A DNA stretch of 64,000 bases, from NCBI GenBank assembly GCA_951406725.2, contig OX597841.1, positions 22,754,001-22,818,000 on the forward strand. Direction: 5' to 3'. The notes under the pieces were generated by a model. It saw nothing but the letters and a program-made list of their open reading frames with translations, had not been told where the DNA came from and searched no databases. The DNA comes from Octopus vulgaris (Eukaryota). The first letter of the stretch is position 1. Every line of letters starts with the position of its first letter. Below, piece by piece: positions 38,761-52,643 of this stretch. Both the position numbers and the translations under genes were made by a program.

Positions 38761-39391
38761 CCTTGCCCTGCATTCCTGTAAAATAGCGTCGGAATTTTAG
38801 GGAAAAACCGTGGCCTCATTCAGTCTGTTGAGAAAATGAAAAGCATTCGATGGAACTGAAATTCATGCCCCTGTAGGTGATGAGGAATTTAGCAGGATGA
38901 CAAAGATCTGTGAGAGAGAAGAGAGGGTGAGAATGTGAGAAGCAAAAGCAGGAAGGAAACAAACAAAGCAAGAAAGCAGAGAGTTGCCAGTTGTTAAATG
39001 CGGATGAATCTCCCACTTGAGGTAAGAAAAAAAGGTGGCAGGCGGGGGTCTTCAAAGGGAACAGTAATTTACTCATTAATTACTTCATACTGAAACCAAT
39101 TACTTCATATTAGCAGTAATTATTTTCATTTCGATTCTATCTATCTATCTATGTATGGGTGTGTATATATGTGTGTGTATGTATGTATCTAAGAATGTTT
39201 TATTGCTTAAGAAAAGCTCAAAATGCTTAAATAAGTGATGACCATTAGGGGCGATATCAGGGCAATAGGCACTGTGAAGAGGCTTTTAAAGGATCTTTCC
39301 ATAGACACACACATCGCATTCTCAGATAAATCCTTTCATTTTTTCCCCCATTTATTCTAATCCATATTTTTTCATCCATAATTTTTACCAA

Positions 39392-39960
39392 ATCAGTCAA
39401 TAAAATATTCTCCTTCATTGATCACAACTCCTTACCAATATTTTGTTGGCTTCTCAATGCCCGGACGGTAGAAATTTCCTGGTCTTGCAATCGAAGAATT
39501 CATCGAGCCATGTTTTCAACTTCATGTCGTAGTTGAACGAAATGCCTTGCAGACTGTTGGAGAGCGACTGAAAGAAAAGGTGATAATCTGAAGGTGCTAT
39601 ATCAGGAGAATGTGGTGGGTGTGCTAGAACTTCCCAACCGAGCTCTGGAATAAAATTTTTTCTTTAAATTAGCGAAGTGAGGGCATGCGATCACCTTGTT
39701 TCGGGGGGATTGCCTCATTCATCTGCTGCATTTGCCGAACGTAAAGCTCTGCATTGATCGTAGGATTATTCCCCAGTATTTCGTCGTGGATTATCCCCTC
39801 CCAATCACACCTAACGCAGATCGTTGTTTTTGCATGGATGCAGCTCTTTACTTGCTTGCCGGAACCCAGCCATTCTTTCCCCTGCATCATATTCACGTAA
39901 AGACACCGTTTTTAGCCACCGGTGGCATCGGGGGTAAAGAAACCTCGGCCTGTGTCCACG
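39392..39960 (-). mobile_element. Mariner transposase remnant
   Basis: Minus-strand GWEVLAHPPHSPDIAPSDYHLF (mariner HPPYSPDLAPSDY motif); CDWEGIIHDEIL..TINAELY. Confidence 0.88.
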
Positions 39961-39995
39961 GGTAGCCTGGAGTGTGTCTCTTTTGTTCAGACCGT

Positions 39996-40377
<382 letters not shown>

Positions 40378-40496
40378 CAATTAATTTTGAAAGATATTAT
40401 CTATAATTAATTATAAATCATATATAACTAATAAATTATAAATATAATTCAAAATCTAAATAATAAACATTAAATATATATATGCATACACACACA

Positions 40497-40538
<42 letters not shown>

Positions 40539-40540
<2 letters not shown>

Positions 40541-40863
40541 TGGCACTCCGTCGGTTACAACGACGAAGGTTCCAGTTGATCGGATCAACAGAACAGCCTG
40601 CTCGTGAAATTAACGTGCAAGTGACTGAGCATTCCACAGACACGTGTACCCTTAACGTAGTTTTCGGGGAGATGCAGCGTGACACGGAGTGTGACATGGA
40701 TGGCCCCTTGAAATACAGGTACTACTCATTTTTTGCCAGCTGGGTGGATGTGGGAGCACTGTGAAATAAAGTGTCTTGCTCAAGGACACAACGCGTCTCT
40801 GAGAATCTAAATCGCGACCCTACGATAGCGAAACGGATACCCTAACCACTGAGCCACGCGCCT
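40539..40863 (-). mobile_element. tRNA-derived SINE
   Basis: Minus-strand head ggcgcgtggctcagtggttaggg, then gtgtccttgagcaagacactt central domain. Confidence 0.75.
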
Positions 40864-40974
40864 TCACACACACACACGCCATTGAGTTATTCTTTTCATT
40901 TTACACATTTCGTAATTTTGCGGTTTGTAAATATTTATGGTTACTTCTCTCTGGCATTTTTATCATTTTACCAG

Positions 40975-41817
40975 CAGGGCAGTGCGGTTAGGGGAAGTTT
41001 TATAGGGATTAGGTGCAGGAAAGAAGGGTCAATTGACTGGTCTTTTCCGGGTGACTTTCGGGCTGGGGGCTATGGCTAATTTTCAGAAATCCCTGGTTTG
41101 GCAGGGCTACCGGAAGGCTCTGCCAGTTTGAAGCAAGCTCTACAGGTATGGAAGGGCTGTCAAACGGACCTGTCTGAGACGAGCAAAGAACGATGAAACC
41201 ATTCTGCATACACTCCTTCTCTGTTGGGATATTGATGACTTGCGGAGCTTTTGTCGAACCGCTGTTGTCGTGAGTGGGACAGATCTAGTTATCGGCCGAG
41301 TCCATCGTGGGGATCGTCCGCTGCCTTCTTTCGACCGAGAAGGAGGGGCTGCTTTCCTCTGTTCGGTGGCTATGGTGAAAGAGATAGTGTTGCGGGCGAG
41401 GTTCGAAGTAAAGAAAACAGATTCTTTCCTCTTCAGCCGAGTCCTCCTCGACTTTCCCAAGTTCTACTTGAAAAGGAGAGTGAGGGTGGAGAGGGAAATA
41501 CTGTCCCTCAGAATTTTTGTTGAAAGGCGGGTGAATGTGGTGAGGATGTCCCGTGCGAATGGGCTTACTCTGAACATTCACCCGCAGGTCGGTCGGAAGG
41601 GATGAGGAAGAGAAAGCTTCCTGTCTGGGTTGCCCTTGGTGATTGAGGTGCGTACGATGTATGGAGTTCCTTGAGTGTCTCTGCATGGAAATCCCTCTTT
41701 GGGGGAATTCTATTGTTTAAATTTTGTACACACGTGATTTTGCTAAACCTCCACTTGCCCCTTGTTTTGTATTCCATTTTTGTCTTGTGTTCGACCCCTG
41801 CGACCAATAAAAAAAAA
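40975..41817 (+). mobile_element. L1/Tx1-like LINE 3' fragment with A tail
   Basis: FDREGGAAFLCSVAMVKE..LKRRVRVEREILS is homologous to 43.6-43.9 kb (-); aataaaaaaaaa at ~41806. Confidence 0.7.
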
Positions 41818-41826
41818 GGTTGTTGT

Positions 41827-41870
<44 letters not shown>

Positions 41871-41872
41871 AG

Positions 41873-42282
41873 TTGGTAAACTTGCGGAATCGTTAGCACG
41901 CCGGGCGCAATTCTTAGCGGTATTTCGTCTGCATTACGTTGTGAGTTCAAATTCCGCCGAGGTCGACTTTGCCTTTCATCCTTTCGGGGTCGATAAATTA
42001 AGTACCAATTACGCACTGGGGTCGATGTAATCGACTTAATACCTATGTCTGTCCTTGTTTGTCCTCTCTGTGTTTAGCCCCTTGTGGGTAATAAAGAAAT
42101 AGGTATTTCGTCTGCCGTTACGTTCTGAGTTCAAATTCCGCCGAGGTCGACTTTACCTTTCGTCCTTTCGGGGTCGATAAATTAAGTACCAGTTACGCAC
42201 TGGGTTCCATGTAATCGACTTAATCCCTTTGTCTCTCCTTGTTTTTCCCACTGTGTTTAGCCCTTTGTGGGTAGTAAAGAAA
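41873..42282 (+). mobile_element. SINE with tandemly duplicated body
   Basis: gagttcaaattccgccgaggtcgacttt..cctttcggggtcgataaattaagtacca occurs twice. Confidence 0.75.
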
Positions 42283-42929
42283 AATATACATACATAACAG
42301 TTTACAACTTGAGGTGAGGGACGTCTAGCTACCAAATTCCATCCGGGTTGTTGTTTACTTCCAAGAATTGCGTTTTAAATCTAGGACGATAGGAGCTGTT
42401 TTTCTCAGAATTCTATTGACTCATGTTACAGTAAATTATTCAGATTAACAAGTAAGCCTTTATATGGCAGCTTGTTTATAACTGTGGTGGTGGTGGTGGT
42501 TGGTAAGGAAAACAGCCATGTCAGCACCATGTGTGTGTGTGTGTGTGTGTGTATGTGTGTGAAAAAGAAAAGGCGTGGCAGTGTCTGAACTTTCAGAATA
42601 TTCCATCCCCATGGAGAGTGATTTTAAGTTAAATTTTTTCCTGTTTCCCACTGTGTTTAGCCCTTTGTGGGTAGTAAAGAAAAATATACATACATAACAG
42701 TTTACAACTTGAGGTGAGGGACGTCTAGCTACCAAATTCCATCCGGGTTGTTGTTTACTTCCAAGAATTGCGTTTTAAATCTAGGACGATAGGAGCTGTT
42801 TTTCTCAGAATTCTATTGACTCATGTTACAGTAAATTATTCAGATTAACAAGTAAGCCTTTATATGGCAGCTTGTTTATAACTGTGGTGGTGGTGGTGGT
42901 TGGTAAGGAAAACAGCCATGTCAGCACCA

Positions 42930-42963
<34 letters not shown>

Positions 42964-43050
42964 TGAAAAAGAAAAGGCGTGGCAGTGTCTGAACTTTCAG
43001 AATATTCCATCCCCATGGAGAGTGATTTTAAGTTAAATTTTTTCCTGTTT
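42245..43050 (+). repeat. 400-bp tandem duplication
   Basis: ctgtgtttagccctttgtggg at 42251 and 42651; near-identical. Confidence 0.92.
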
Positions 43051-43334
43051 TTCTTTTACATTTTCAATATTGTTTCTTTGAATTTATTTTAAAGCAATAA
43101 ATATGTTTCTTTTGAAAGTTGTTCTTCATTTCATCATTTTGAATAAGCAGCCAGAAATTTGATAACAGTTAAATTATAATCATTGTATGCACACCATACA
43201 AAACTGGTGCACGGGAATGCTGCATTTCTTGACGTCATATTCTGAGACATACATACATACAGGCATACATATGACTGGGATGCCAACTTCTAAGCCAAAA
43301 AGCAGGTAATAAACAAACAGACAGACAGATAGAT

Positions 43335-46300
43335 GTGTTTCTTAATTAGCCACACAGGGCTGAACACAGAGGAGACAAAATACAATGCAGAGCTTTTCTT
43401 CTTGGGGAAGAAGTGGGGTGAGATAAGGTTCCGATCAATAGTGATCGTGTATCACAGAAATGTCATAAATGTAAAAAGGAAAACAGATTAATTTTATCTG
43501 TGGAAAGAAAAGCTTACAGAAAAGACCACAGTAACCTCGGGCAATAATGTCAGGCAAAAACAAAAACGCATTACAGTAAGTGGCTCTCTTTTACTCCTTT
43601 GTTTTTCTGGTTCGTAGGATTATGCTCAACGTGGCTCCGTCATTCACACGTGCCATCCTTGCTACATTCACCCATTTTTGTTTGAAATATTCACTAGACA
43701 AAACTTCCCTCTCTACGCTCACCTTCCTCTTCAAGTGATACTTGAAGAGGTTGATGAGAGATTGACCAGAGAGGAAAGTGTTTGTCTCCAGACCTTTCAG
43801 ACGCCCCAACCATATACATTCTTTTGCCATAGCCACAAGTAAAATGAAAATGGCTCTTCCTTCCCGTTTGAAGGAAGGAGGTGCGACAATAGACTCTGAG
43901 GCGGCTAGCTGCCAGAAACGTTAGCACACCGGGCAAAATGCTTAGCAGTATTTTATCTGTCTTTATGTTCTGAGTTCAAATTCCACCAAGGTCGACTTTG
44001 CGATTCATCCTTTCGGGGTCAATAAATTAAGTACCTATTGCGTACTGGGTCAATGTAATCAACTGGCTCCCTCCTCTAAAATTTCGAGACTTGTGCCTAG
44101 AATAGAAAAGTTTATTGACGATACACTTGGCTGATAATCCGACTTGTCCCACATGCGACAGCAGTCGTTTGATATAGGCCCACAAGTCGGAAATTGGTGG
44201 ACACTGTACGAGTGCATGGAGAAAGGTTTCGTCACTCTGTCCGCATCTCGACTCCGTGTTTCTTGAGCCATGCCTGTAGAGCCTATCTCGAATGGGTAGT
44301 GCTTCTTGATAGCACTGCCAAGCCAGGTATCTCTGGAAGTTGCACATAGGTCCCAGCCCGAAAGTCATCTTGAACAGGCAGGTCAGGTATTCCTCGTCTA
44401 CGCCCAGGTTTGCCCCAGGATCATCGTCATACTGTACGAGTGCGTGTTTCTTGAGCCATGCCTGTAGAGCCTATCTCGAATGGGTGTGCTTCTTGATAGC
44501 ACTGCCAAGCCAGGTATCTCTGGAAGTTGCACATAGGTCCCAGCCCGAAAGTCATCTTGAACAGGCAGGTCAGGTATTCCTCGTCTACGCCCAGGTTTGC
44601 CCCAGGATCATCGTCATACCTCCTCTCCATTAATCCTCAACAGAATGCTTTGGTTGTAATGCAGTTGCTCAAGGTCAACCCAGGACAGCATCCTTGCTCA
44701 AGAGCAATGCGACACTCGCTGTGCCATTTGCCCTTCCTTGGACTCTTTTTGATCCATGACTGCAGTTCGGTCATGGAGACAAGCTGCAAGGAAGCGCACC
44801 TCACAAACGGCGACCACACCTGTTCACTGTCGTCTACATAGAGCCAGAGATGATGCAGTCTCAGCGCATGTCTGCACATCATCAACCACATTGTGCCCAT
44901 CCCTCCTTTTAGCAGGTGTTGGCAGCAAACAGATCACCTTTCATCGAAAGGAACACTTCCTTTCCACAAGAAGCGGAAGAGGATGCATTCCACTTTGGTG
45001 ATGGTAGGGTTGGGTCAAGCACGACGGTCAGGTCGTATTAGATGAGGGACGTGGTGTACGACTTCGCCATCTCTGCTTGACCTATTGGGGACAGCTTCCT
45101 CTCAGCCCATTGCTGTGAAAGAGTGGCCACCCTACTTATTATCTCATCCTAGTTCTTCTTCTTTTGGAGGTCCGAACCAAACCAGATCCTGAGTAACTCG
45201 ACTGGCCTGTCGGTCCAGCCTCCCACGACGGAGGCACTGTTTTGGACAGCATGGGCTTGCTTCCCCAGGTGACAAGCTGCAAGCCCATTGACTTTTCCTG
45301 GCTGATTTTCACTCCTATCACCATTTCCTAGTCTTTCAGTGTATCACCGACAAGCTCAATGTAGTTGTGGATAGGTATTATAATGGTGACTTTGTCCATG
45401 TATGCGGTCACACTCGTCCCACATCCCAATTCTCATGGGATGCCCCTCAACAGTGCTAGCTTCCACAGTAGTAGTTCAAGGGTCAACATGTACAGAAGTG
45501 ACAAGAGGGGACATCCCTGATGGACTGAATGTGCAATGTTGATTGGTCTCGATAGATGCCCATTCACGCGAATTACCGATCAGATGCCTTTGTATAGGGC
45601 AGCGATCCAGCCACGGAAAATGGGACAAAACCCAGCAGTTATGAGGATAGCTTTCAAGTATTGATGGTCTACCCTATCGAAAGCTTTTAGATTGATCCAA
45701 ATTGATCAGTGCCCCACACATGCCAGGTTCCTTAACCACCCCCTCTATGATGTAGCACATGAGGTGGAGGGTGGCATGGATGCTCTGACCCAGCACAGCG
45801 CACGTTTGCGCCTTGTGAACCAGTTTCTCGATGACAAGCACCAACCTCTTGGCTAGAACCTTGGCCAAGATTTTAAAGTCTGCATTGAGCAGAGTGATGG
45901 GCCTAAAGTTATCTAATATACCCCCGTTGTTGGGATTTTTCTTTAGCAACATTACAACTCTTTGGCTCACAAAACTGGGTTATGCTCCCGTTTTGCTGTC
46001 AGTTGCAAAACACTGTTGCCAAGACACCTCCAAACAAGTCTGGCATACAATTGTAAAGCTAATAGTGCAGATGATCCAAATGTGACGATTTGTCCCTCGC
46101 CCAATCTGCCTTCATGTCCCGCACATCCACTACAGTCATGACACCTTCGCAACACTCTGCCTCTCTCGCCAAGAGTCGTGGCAGGCTATGCAGGGAGGCA
46201 CTAAAGTCCACCCTGCATTCTCGCTCACCACTTCTCCTGAAAAGTCAGGTAAAGTGCTGCTGAAAGGCCTCACACATTTTACTAGGTTCCAGTAATTCGC

Positions 46301-46430
46301 GGCCCTCTTCAACCATCTGAGACCAAATGGGGGATTTGTTGCGCTGTTGCGCCTCCACCAGCTGGGCCTCTAGCACAGCTCCAGTAGCTTTGTTTCTTAG
46401 AGCATGCACCCTAGCCTGATAACACACCCT
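43335..46430 (-). mobile_element. Decayed L1/Tx1-clade LINE (RT + C-terminus) with SINE inserted at ~43900-44115
   Basis: NFRPITLLNADFKILAKVLAKRL, ALINLDQSK, QGCPL, RCGQSDETFLHALVQC; many stops and frameshifts; local duplication at 44210-44620. Confidence 0.85.
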
Positions 46431-48689
46431 TCATGCTTGACAGATAGATAGATAGATAGAATGGAGGGACAGATGGACGGATGGACAGAGTGATAGATAG
46501 ATTTGTGACCCTGGGAGATCTGGTTGCTATTTCTGACTTTAGGTCTAGAAATATATCAATCATTTATACATCAGATCTCCTTCTTTTTGCTTCACTCTAT
46601 AATCTCTCTCTGTTTCTCTCTCTCTCTACCATCCCACGGAATCACACCAAGATCTTGCTGCTCTTTCTAGCATATCAGATGTCACAGTTTAATTGATCTG
46701 TGGCAGTTCATTAGTTTTTCGTGACAGACTGACACAAGGCTTACAAACAGAAGTTAATTTCAGAAGTATAGCAAATCGAAGGAACCTTTGGCTGCTATTT
46801 CAGGCACCTCTCCCTACCATTTATTGCCTCATACACAAACAAGACACTAGCCTATAATGCAGGTCTTTGCTTCGGACAGAACAGAGTTTGATGTATGGTT
46901 TTAGGGGATTTGACTGCTATTTCTAGAATATGTATTCCTACAACTATACACAATATATATTGTTGTTGTTGTATAGTATGTGTGTATGTGTGTGTATGTG
47001 TGTGTATAAGTCGCTGATGAAGCAGAATCGTTCATGTGTCGGAGAAAATATTTTAATACTATTTCATCCTTCATCATGTTGTGTGTTCAATTCCTGCAGA
47101 GGGTGAGTTTGCCTTTCATCGTTCTGGGGTTCATAAATTAAGTACTAGTCAAGTACTATGGTCAATGTAATCAGTTAGCTGTTCCACTAGAATTTAGGGG
47201 TATTTGGCTGCTATTTCTAATTGCTCTAGCTATGAAGTACAATTCGACTTTCATGTTACACACCCAATTTTAATACCACTTCAAATGTTGAAATATCTTC
47301 TTTCTACTGGACTTCATTTCTATTATTAGATTTGTAAGTAGTGAAATGGCACCAGCACTCCTTCTCTTGGCTCACTCACCCTCACAGAAACCCTGCAACA
47401 CGACAGGAATGTCACGTACACAATATATTAGATAAAATACCATTAACTCTCTCTCTCTCTCTTTCAGCAGATTAAACTTAAGATGTTCACCAAAGACTAT
47501 TCTTATAAGCAGAACAGGACACACACACACACATGCAAAGCAAGGGTGTCTGTACAAGTTTGCATGGTCTACAAGAAATAGCAACCAATTTTCCCCTAAT
47601 CACACTTATCATATAGCTTATTAGATAGTGTAGTTCAAAATATATATGTGCCAACGAGATGGTCATGGTTGAGATGCATGTTATCATGTCTGCTCGATCA
47701 ATGCTGACCTGGTTCCAGCTGTGGCTGTATAGTAAGAAATTTGCTTCCCATTTAATATATGAAAATATGCCACAAACCTATTTTACCCCAGTTGAATCGT
47801 CCAACCCATGCTAGCATGGAAAACAGACGTTAAACTTCGATGATGATGATGATAATGTTTGCTTATGCATAAACACTGTAATATATATATATATACAGGG
47901 TGGAAAGGAGGTGTCTTTACTGCATTTTTGACTTTGGAGCAAAATATATTTCTTACACATGTTCACTACCTTACAAGAACTACATCAGCTGAGCAAATGG
48001 CCTTCCCAAATGGCATTGAAAATATTATCACATAATCTGATCATAATTTCAGAAAATTATCGCCATTCTCTTTCAGGATATAAAAGGCAAACTTGACTGG
48101 GGCAAAATGAGTAAGCTGAGATAAAGTGAATTTGCTGCTTTATTTCTCCAGAAAACAAACTCAGACACATTAATATCCATCGTTAGACATGAGAAAGAAT
48201 TGAAATGCAAAACAAAAGAGAAATTTAAATAATATCTCGGTCAAATGAAAGAGGATCAAAAGGAAAATTGCACACGATATGAAATTAATGAACCTCAACG
48301 AAATAAGGAAAACCTCACCGAAAACATTCTCTATAGCTTCTTCAGAATTTTCTGGGATGTCCTCTTCCTGATATATTTAAACACGATACAATTAAAGAGA
48401 AGAAATTATTGAATTACTTATTTCACACTATTTTAGACATCAGTTTTTGAAACTTCGAAATCATCAAATTAGACTTTAATGTGGGAAGAGAATTGAGTTG
48501 GATTCCAACAGAGAAAAGAATATTAATTATTAAACCACAAAAATTATCCAGTTATTTCATTAATAGTCTTAATTACCAAAAGCTGAGTAGAAATGTATTG
48601 GGAAAAATGGTACCTGTCTCCTGACAATGTTTCAAACTCTCAACTTCACCAACAACAACAACAACAACCATGCTGACCAATCTTCATTC

Positions 48690-49020
48690 CCGAAGAGGAT
48701 GCAACAGCACAAAATAACGACGCCATACATGCAATGTAATGATTTCAGACAGGTAGGGAGAAAATAACGAGAAGCCAGATCCCCACCTCTTCAAAAGCAT
48801 GGTTCTACATGCAATACTCAATGCAGGTGAAATGTGGGCGATGCTGGGAACCTCCTTCAGAGATCTCATCTGAAACAAGCAGGTCAGGCAAAGAACTGGA
48901 GTGAAGGACACTATCGCAGAACACCGTCTGAACAAACAAAGATTAGCTGCACATGATGCACGGCACACCAAGAAATGGTGGCTCTGTGCAGTTGTCGAAT
49001 AGTTCCTCCCGGACAGATGG
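48690..49020 (+). mobile_element. RTE LINE C-terminal remnant
   Basis: VRQRTGVKDTIAEHRLNKQRLAAHDARHTKKWW resembles the RTE IRQRTGVKD..WAGHVAR motif. Confidence 0.6.
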
Positions 49021-49059
49021 ATTATTCGTTTATTTGTTTCGGTCATTTCAACAGGTAGG

Positions 49060-50010
49060 GAATTGTCCATATGAAAAGCACAATGTTCGAAGGTTCAATC
49101 CAACAACTTTCAGCAACTGACCTTGTGCTTTGTTAATTTTTCATAGCGAATCTGGGTTTCAGAGGGAACTGATATTTCTGCTTAGGGTAGAGGGGTGGCA
49201 GTCTGTTGGGGTTAACGGAATGAAAACTGTATCATTTGGCTGTGATTCATGATAATTTGGGCTTCCTGGAGACCTGGAGGATGTTGGGTGTTGGGAAATT
49301 CTGTTGGAAAGTGTGTAACCTGATTGAGGTCGGTCACGGTGTCAACCAATCTGTAACAACATTCTTGAGAAGGTAGCTGACTGAGTAAGTCGTAGTTAAG
49401 AGTGTTGACAGCTGCATTTGTAGGTGCAAGAACAGGCCTGACACGAAGCCAGTCTGGTTTTATGTATTCCGTTGTAAGATTTGGGTAAATGGCAGAACAT
49501 AAGTCATCAGGGCTGGATTCAGTGTGGCCAATGATGGTAGTGTCAATGTATCCATTGCCGTCGAACGTAATTTGTCCATTGACGATTTTAAAGAGCATTT
49601 GCAAAACCTGGGCTGTAGGCTGACCAGTCTGTAGGAGTGATCTCATGTTGTTGGTGAGTTGTTTCGATTGGACATGCGACCAAAGGAGGGACTTTTTAAG
49701 GCAGGCATTAAGGTCATCAGTGGGTGTTCCTTTGGGTATAATAGGCAGAGTTTATGGAAAATCTCCTGCAAGAAGCAGAGTCGCACCTCTAAGGATGTTG
49801 TTTTTGATCTAAGATCCCTCATTGTGATATGAAGTGCATGTAGGGAACATTTAGGGGACTTTGTTGCTTCATCCCAAACAACGAGTTTGCACTTCTTCAA
49901 AACTGCCGCTTCGTCCGAGTAATGCATTGTGTGGCACGTTGGGCTTTGATGTGCTACATTGAAGGCAATTTGAAGTCAGAGTCTGCTGTGCGTCCATCGT
50001 CGGGAAGATT
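49060..50010 (-). mobile_element. Helitron-type PIF1 helicase remnant
   Basis: LKKCKLVVWDEA, RPVLAPTNAAVNTLN, FPTEF, INKAQGQLLKVVGL. Confidence 0.82.
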
Positions 50011-50031
50011 GAATAACGTATATATATAAGC

Positions 50032-50063
<32 letters not shown>

Positions 50064-50308
50064 ATATGTATATATGTTTATTCCACCGTGTGTGTGTCGG
50101 ATATATACACCATATTGAATATTGAGTCAAAATGGTCTTGAAACCACCTGATGAATATCCATTGAAGTGACAAGAAATGTCTGTAGTGTCGATATTTATA
50201 TTTAATTTGAGATTTAATTGGGACAGGTATAAAATTTTTTATGTATTGGATTAAGTCTTTCTTTGTTTGATTTGCATAATAGTGGTTTTGTGCAGCTTCT
50301 GCTTAATA

Positions 50309-50355
<47 letters not shown>

Positions 50356-50557
50356 TATACATGCTAAACAAGCAGTTTTCGGTAACTGACATAATGTTAT
50401 AGGTATGTTGTAAGAGTGGTCTGTTTGGCTTACTACCCTGGCTTCAACTGCATCTGAAAAATGTGGTATTGAGTCTGTCCATCTAAGATTGTTAGATGTA
50501 GTTCCTCTCTGGACTGGGGTCAATTCATTCAGCTACAATTGTTACCTAAACACATAT

Positions 50558-50935
50558 CAGGCACGTGCCATCAGTAATTACTCAGGGTAGGCAGTTGGTG
50601 ACCAAGCAAACCAGAGACGTGTGACTGAGTTGAAGGCAGATTTCCTTCTGCCTTTATAACACATAAAAAAACGATGTTGTAGGAGTGTACGCAACAAGTG
50701 TACTACGGCATTACTATGCATAGCTTAAATACTGAGATTGAAAAGCAGGGGTCAATGATGTCTACCGAATCTACAAAAAATAAGATATTTTGTATTTTAT
50801 GCATAGTAATCAGAGTAACCTTCATAAATTTATTAAATTAGTTGCATATTTTGCCATAAAAATAAAATGTTGCTATTGACCTATTTTTTCAATATAGGCA
50901 CTGCCTAACTTGCCTACAGAGGTGGCATGTCCCTG
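50558..50935. mobile_element. hAT-like MITE
   Basis: TIRs caggcacgtgcca / tggcatgtccctg; flanks acacatat / atacatat (8 bp). Confidence 0.6.
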
Positions 50936-51055
50936 ATACATATATATATTTACGATTTGGTTGTTTTGCTAAATTTTTTTTGAGAACATTTCTTAGTGGT
51001 AAGACCATAGCGGACCTATTTCTGCATAAGGGTGTCCACATAGTGGTTTCCCTCT

Positions 51056-51099
<44 letters not shown>

Positions 51100-51102
<3 letters not shown>

Positions 51103-51353
51103 TAGAGATAAATCCATTTTTAGGTAAATCAAACAATGAAAAACATAAGCCAATACATAAAATTAATTAATTTAAATTATTTTTAAAATATATCAAAAGT
51201 ATTAAAAGTTTAATAAATGATAAAGAGTAAAACACATTTATTAAACTTATAATACTTTTGATATATTTTTAAAATAAAACAAATTAATTAATTTTATGTA
51301 TTGGCTTATGTTTTTCATTGTTTGATTTGCCTAATAGTGGTTTTATCTCTAAT
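51100..51353. repeat. ~250-bp AT-rich palindrome
   Basis: aaatcaaacaatgaaaaacataagccaatacataaaattaattaattt / aaattaattaattttatgtattggcttatgtttttcattgtttgattt. Confidence 0.9.
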
Positions 51354-51443
51354 TTAATATAATATAATATAATATATTTATACTATACAATTGGATTTAA
51401 TCCTAAATCTGATTTTTCCCTGTAAGTTTGGATTTATTCCCTA

Positions 51444-51480
<37 letters not shown>

Positions 51481-51484
51481 TTAT

Positions 51485-52463
51485 CATCATCATCATCATC
51501 GTCATTTAGCGTCCGCTCTCCATGCTAGCATGGGTTGGACAGTTCAACTGGGGTCTGGGAAGCCATAAGGCTGCATCAGGCCCAGTCTGATCTGGCAGAA
51601 TTCTACGGCTGGATGCCCTTCCTAACGCCAACCACTCCGTGAGTGTAGTGGCTGCTTTTACGTGCCACCCAAACAGGTGCCAGATGGGGCCGGCAAAATG
51701 GCCACAGACAGATGGTGCTTTTTACGTGCCACCTGTACGGGGACCAGGCGAGGCTGGCAACGGCCACGATCGGACGGTGATTTTTACATGCCACTGGCAC
51801 GGGGCTGGCCATGCGATGGCTGGCAATGGCCACGATCGGATGGTGCTTTTTACGTGCCACCGGCACGGAGGCCATTCGGGGCAGCGCTGGCAACGGCTAT
51901 GATCGGATATTTCGCTTACTTGTCACCGGCACTGGTATCACAGCTGCAATTTCCATTGATGTTGATCGACTTCAATTTTGGTTCTGATTTCTGATATCTG
52001 ATATGATTTGATTTGATTTTGATTTTGATTTTGATTTTTGATTTTCACTTGCCTCAACGGGTCTTCACAAGTGGAGTTTTGTGTCCCTAGAAGGAAAAAA
52101 GTATGTATAAGTCGACTGGCTACATACTGGTAGAGGCCACGGTTTATAGTCTCACTAGACTTGCCGGGTCTTTTCACACACAGCATACTTCCATAGGTCT
52201 CGGTCTCTAGTCATTTCCTTGGTGAGACCTAAAGTTCGAAGGTCGTGCTTCACCAACTCATCCCAGGTTTCCCTGAGTCTACTTCTTCCACAGGTTACCT
52301 CAACCACTAGGGTGTGGCACTTTTGCACACAACTATCTTCAGCCATTCTCATCACATGACCATACCAGCGCAAACGTCTATCTTGCACACCACAACTGAT
52401 GCTTCTTAGGTCCAACATTTTCTCTCAGGGTACTTACACTCTGTCGAGTAAGAACACTGACAT
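51485..52463 (-). mobile_element. RTE LINE 3' end (ORF C-terminus + minisatellite UTR + (GAT)n tail)
   Basis: [37 protein letters not shown]; ~62-bp tandem units at 51655-51900. Confidence 0.85.
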
Positions 52464-52538
<75 letters not shown>

Positions 52539-52643
52539 GTATATGTATATGTATATCTATATGTATATCTATATGTACATGTATGTATATATATATATAT
52601 ATATATATGATATAAATAGATAAAAATATATACACATACAAAT

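Larger units (their letters stand above)
42685..50010 (+). repeat. Segmental duplication copy A (~7.3 kb)
   Basis: Collinear with 54755-61965, offset ~12 kb. Confidence 0.92.
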
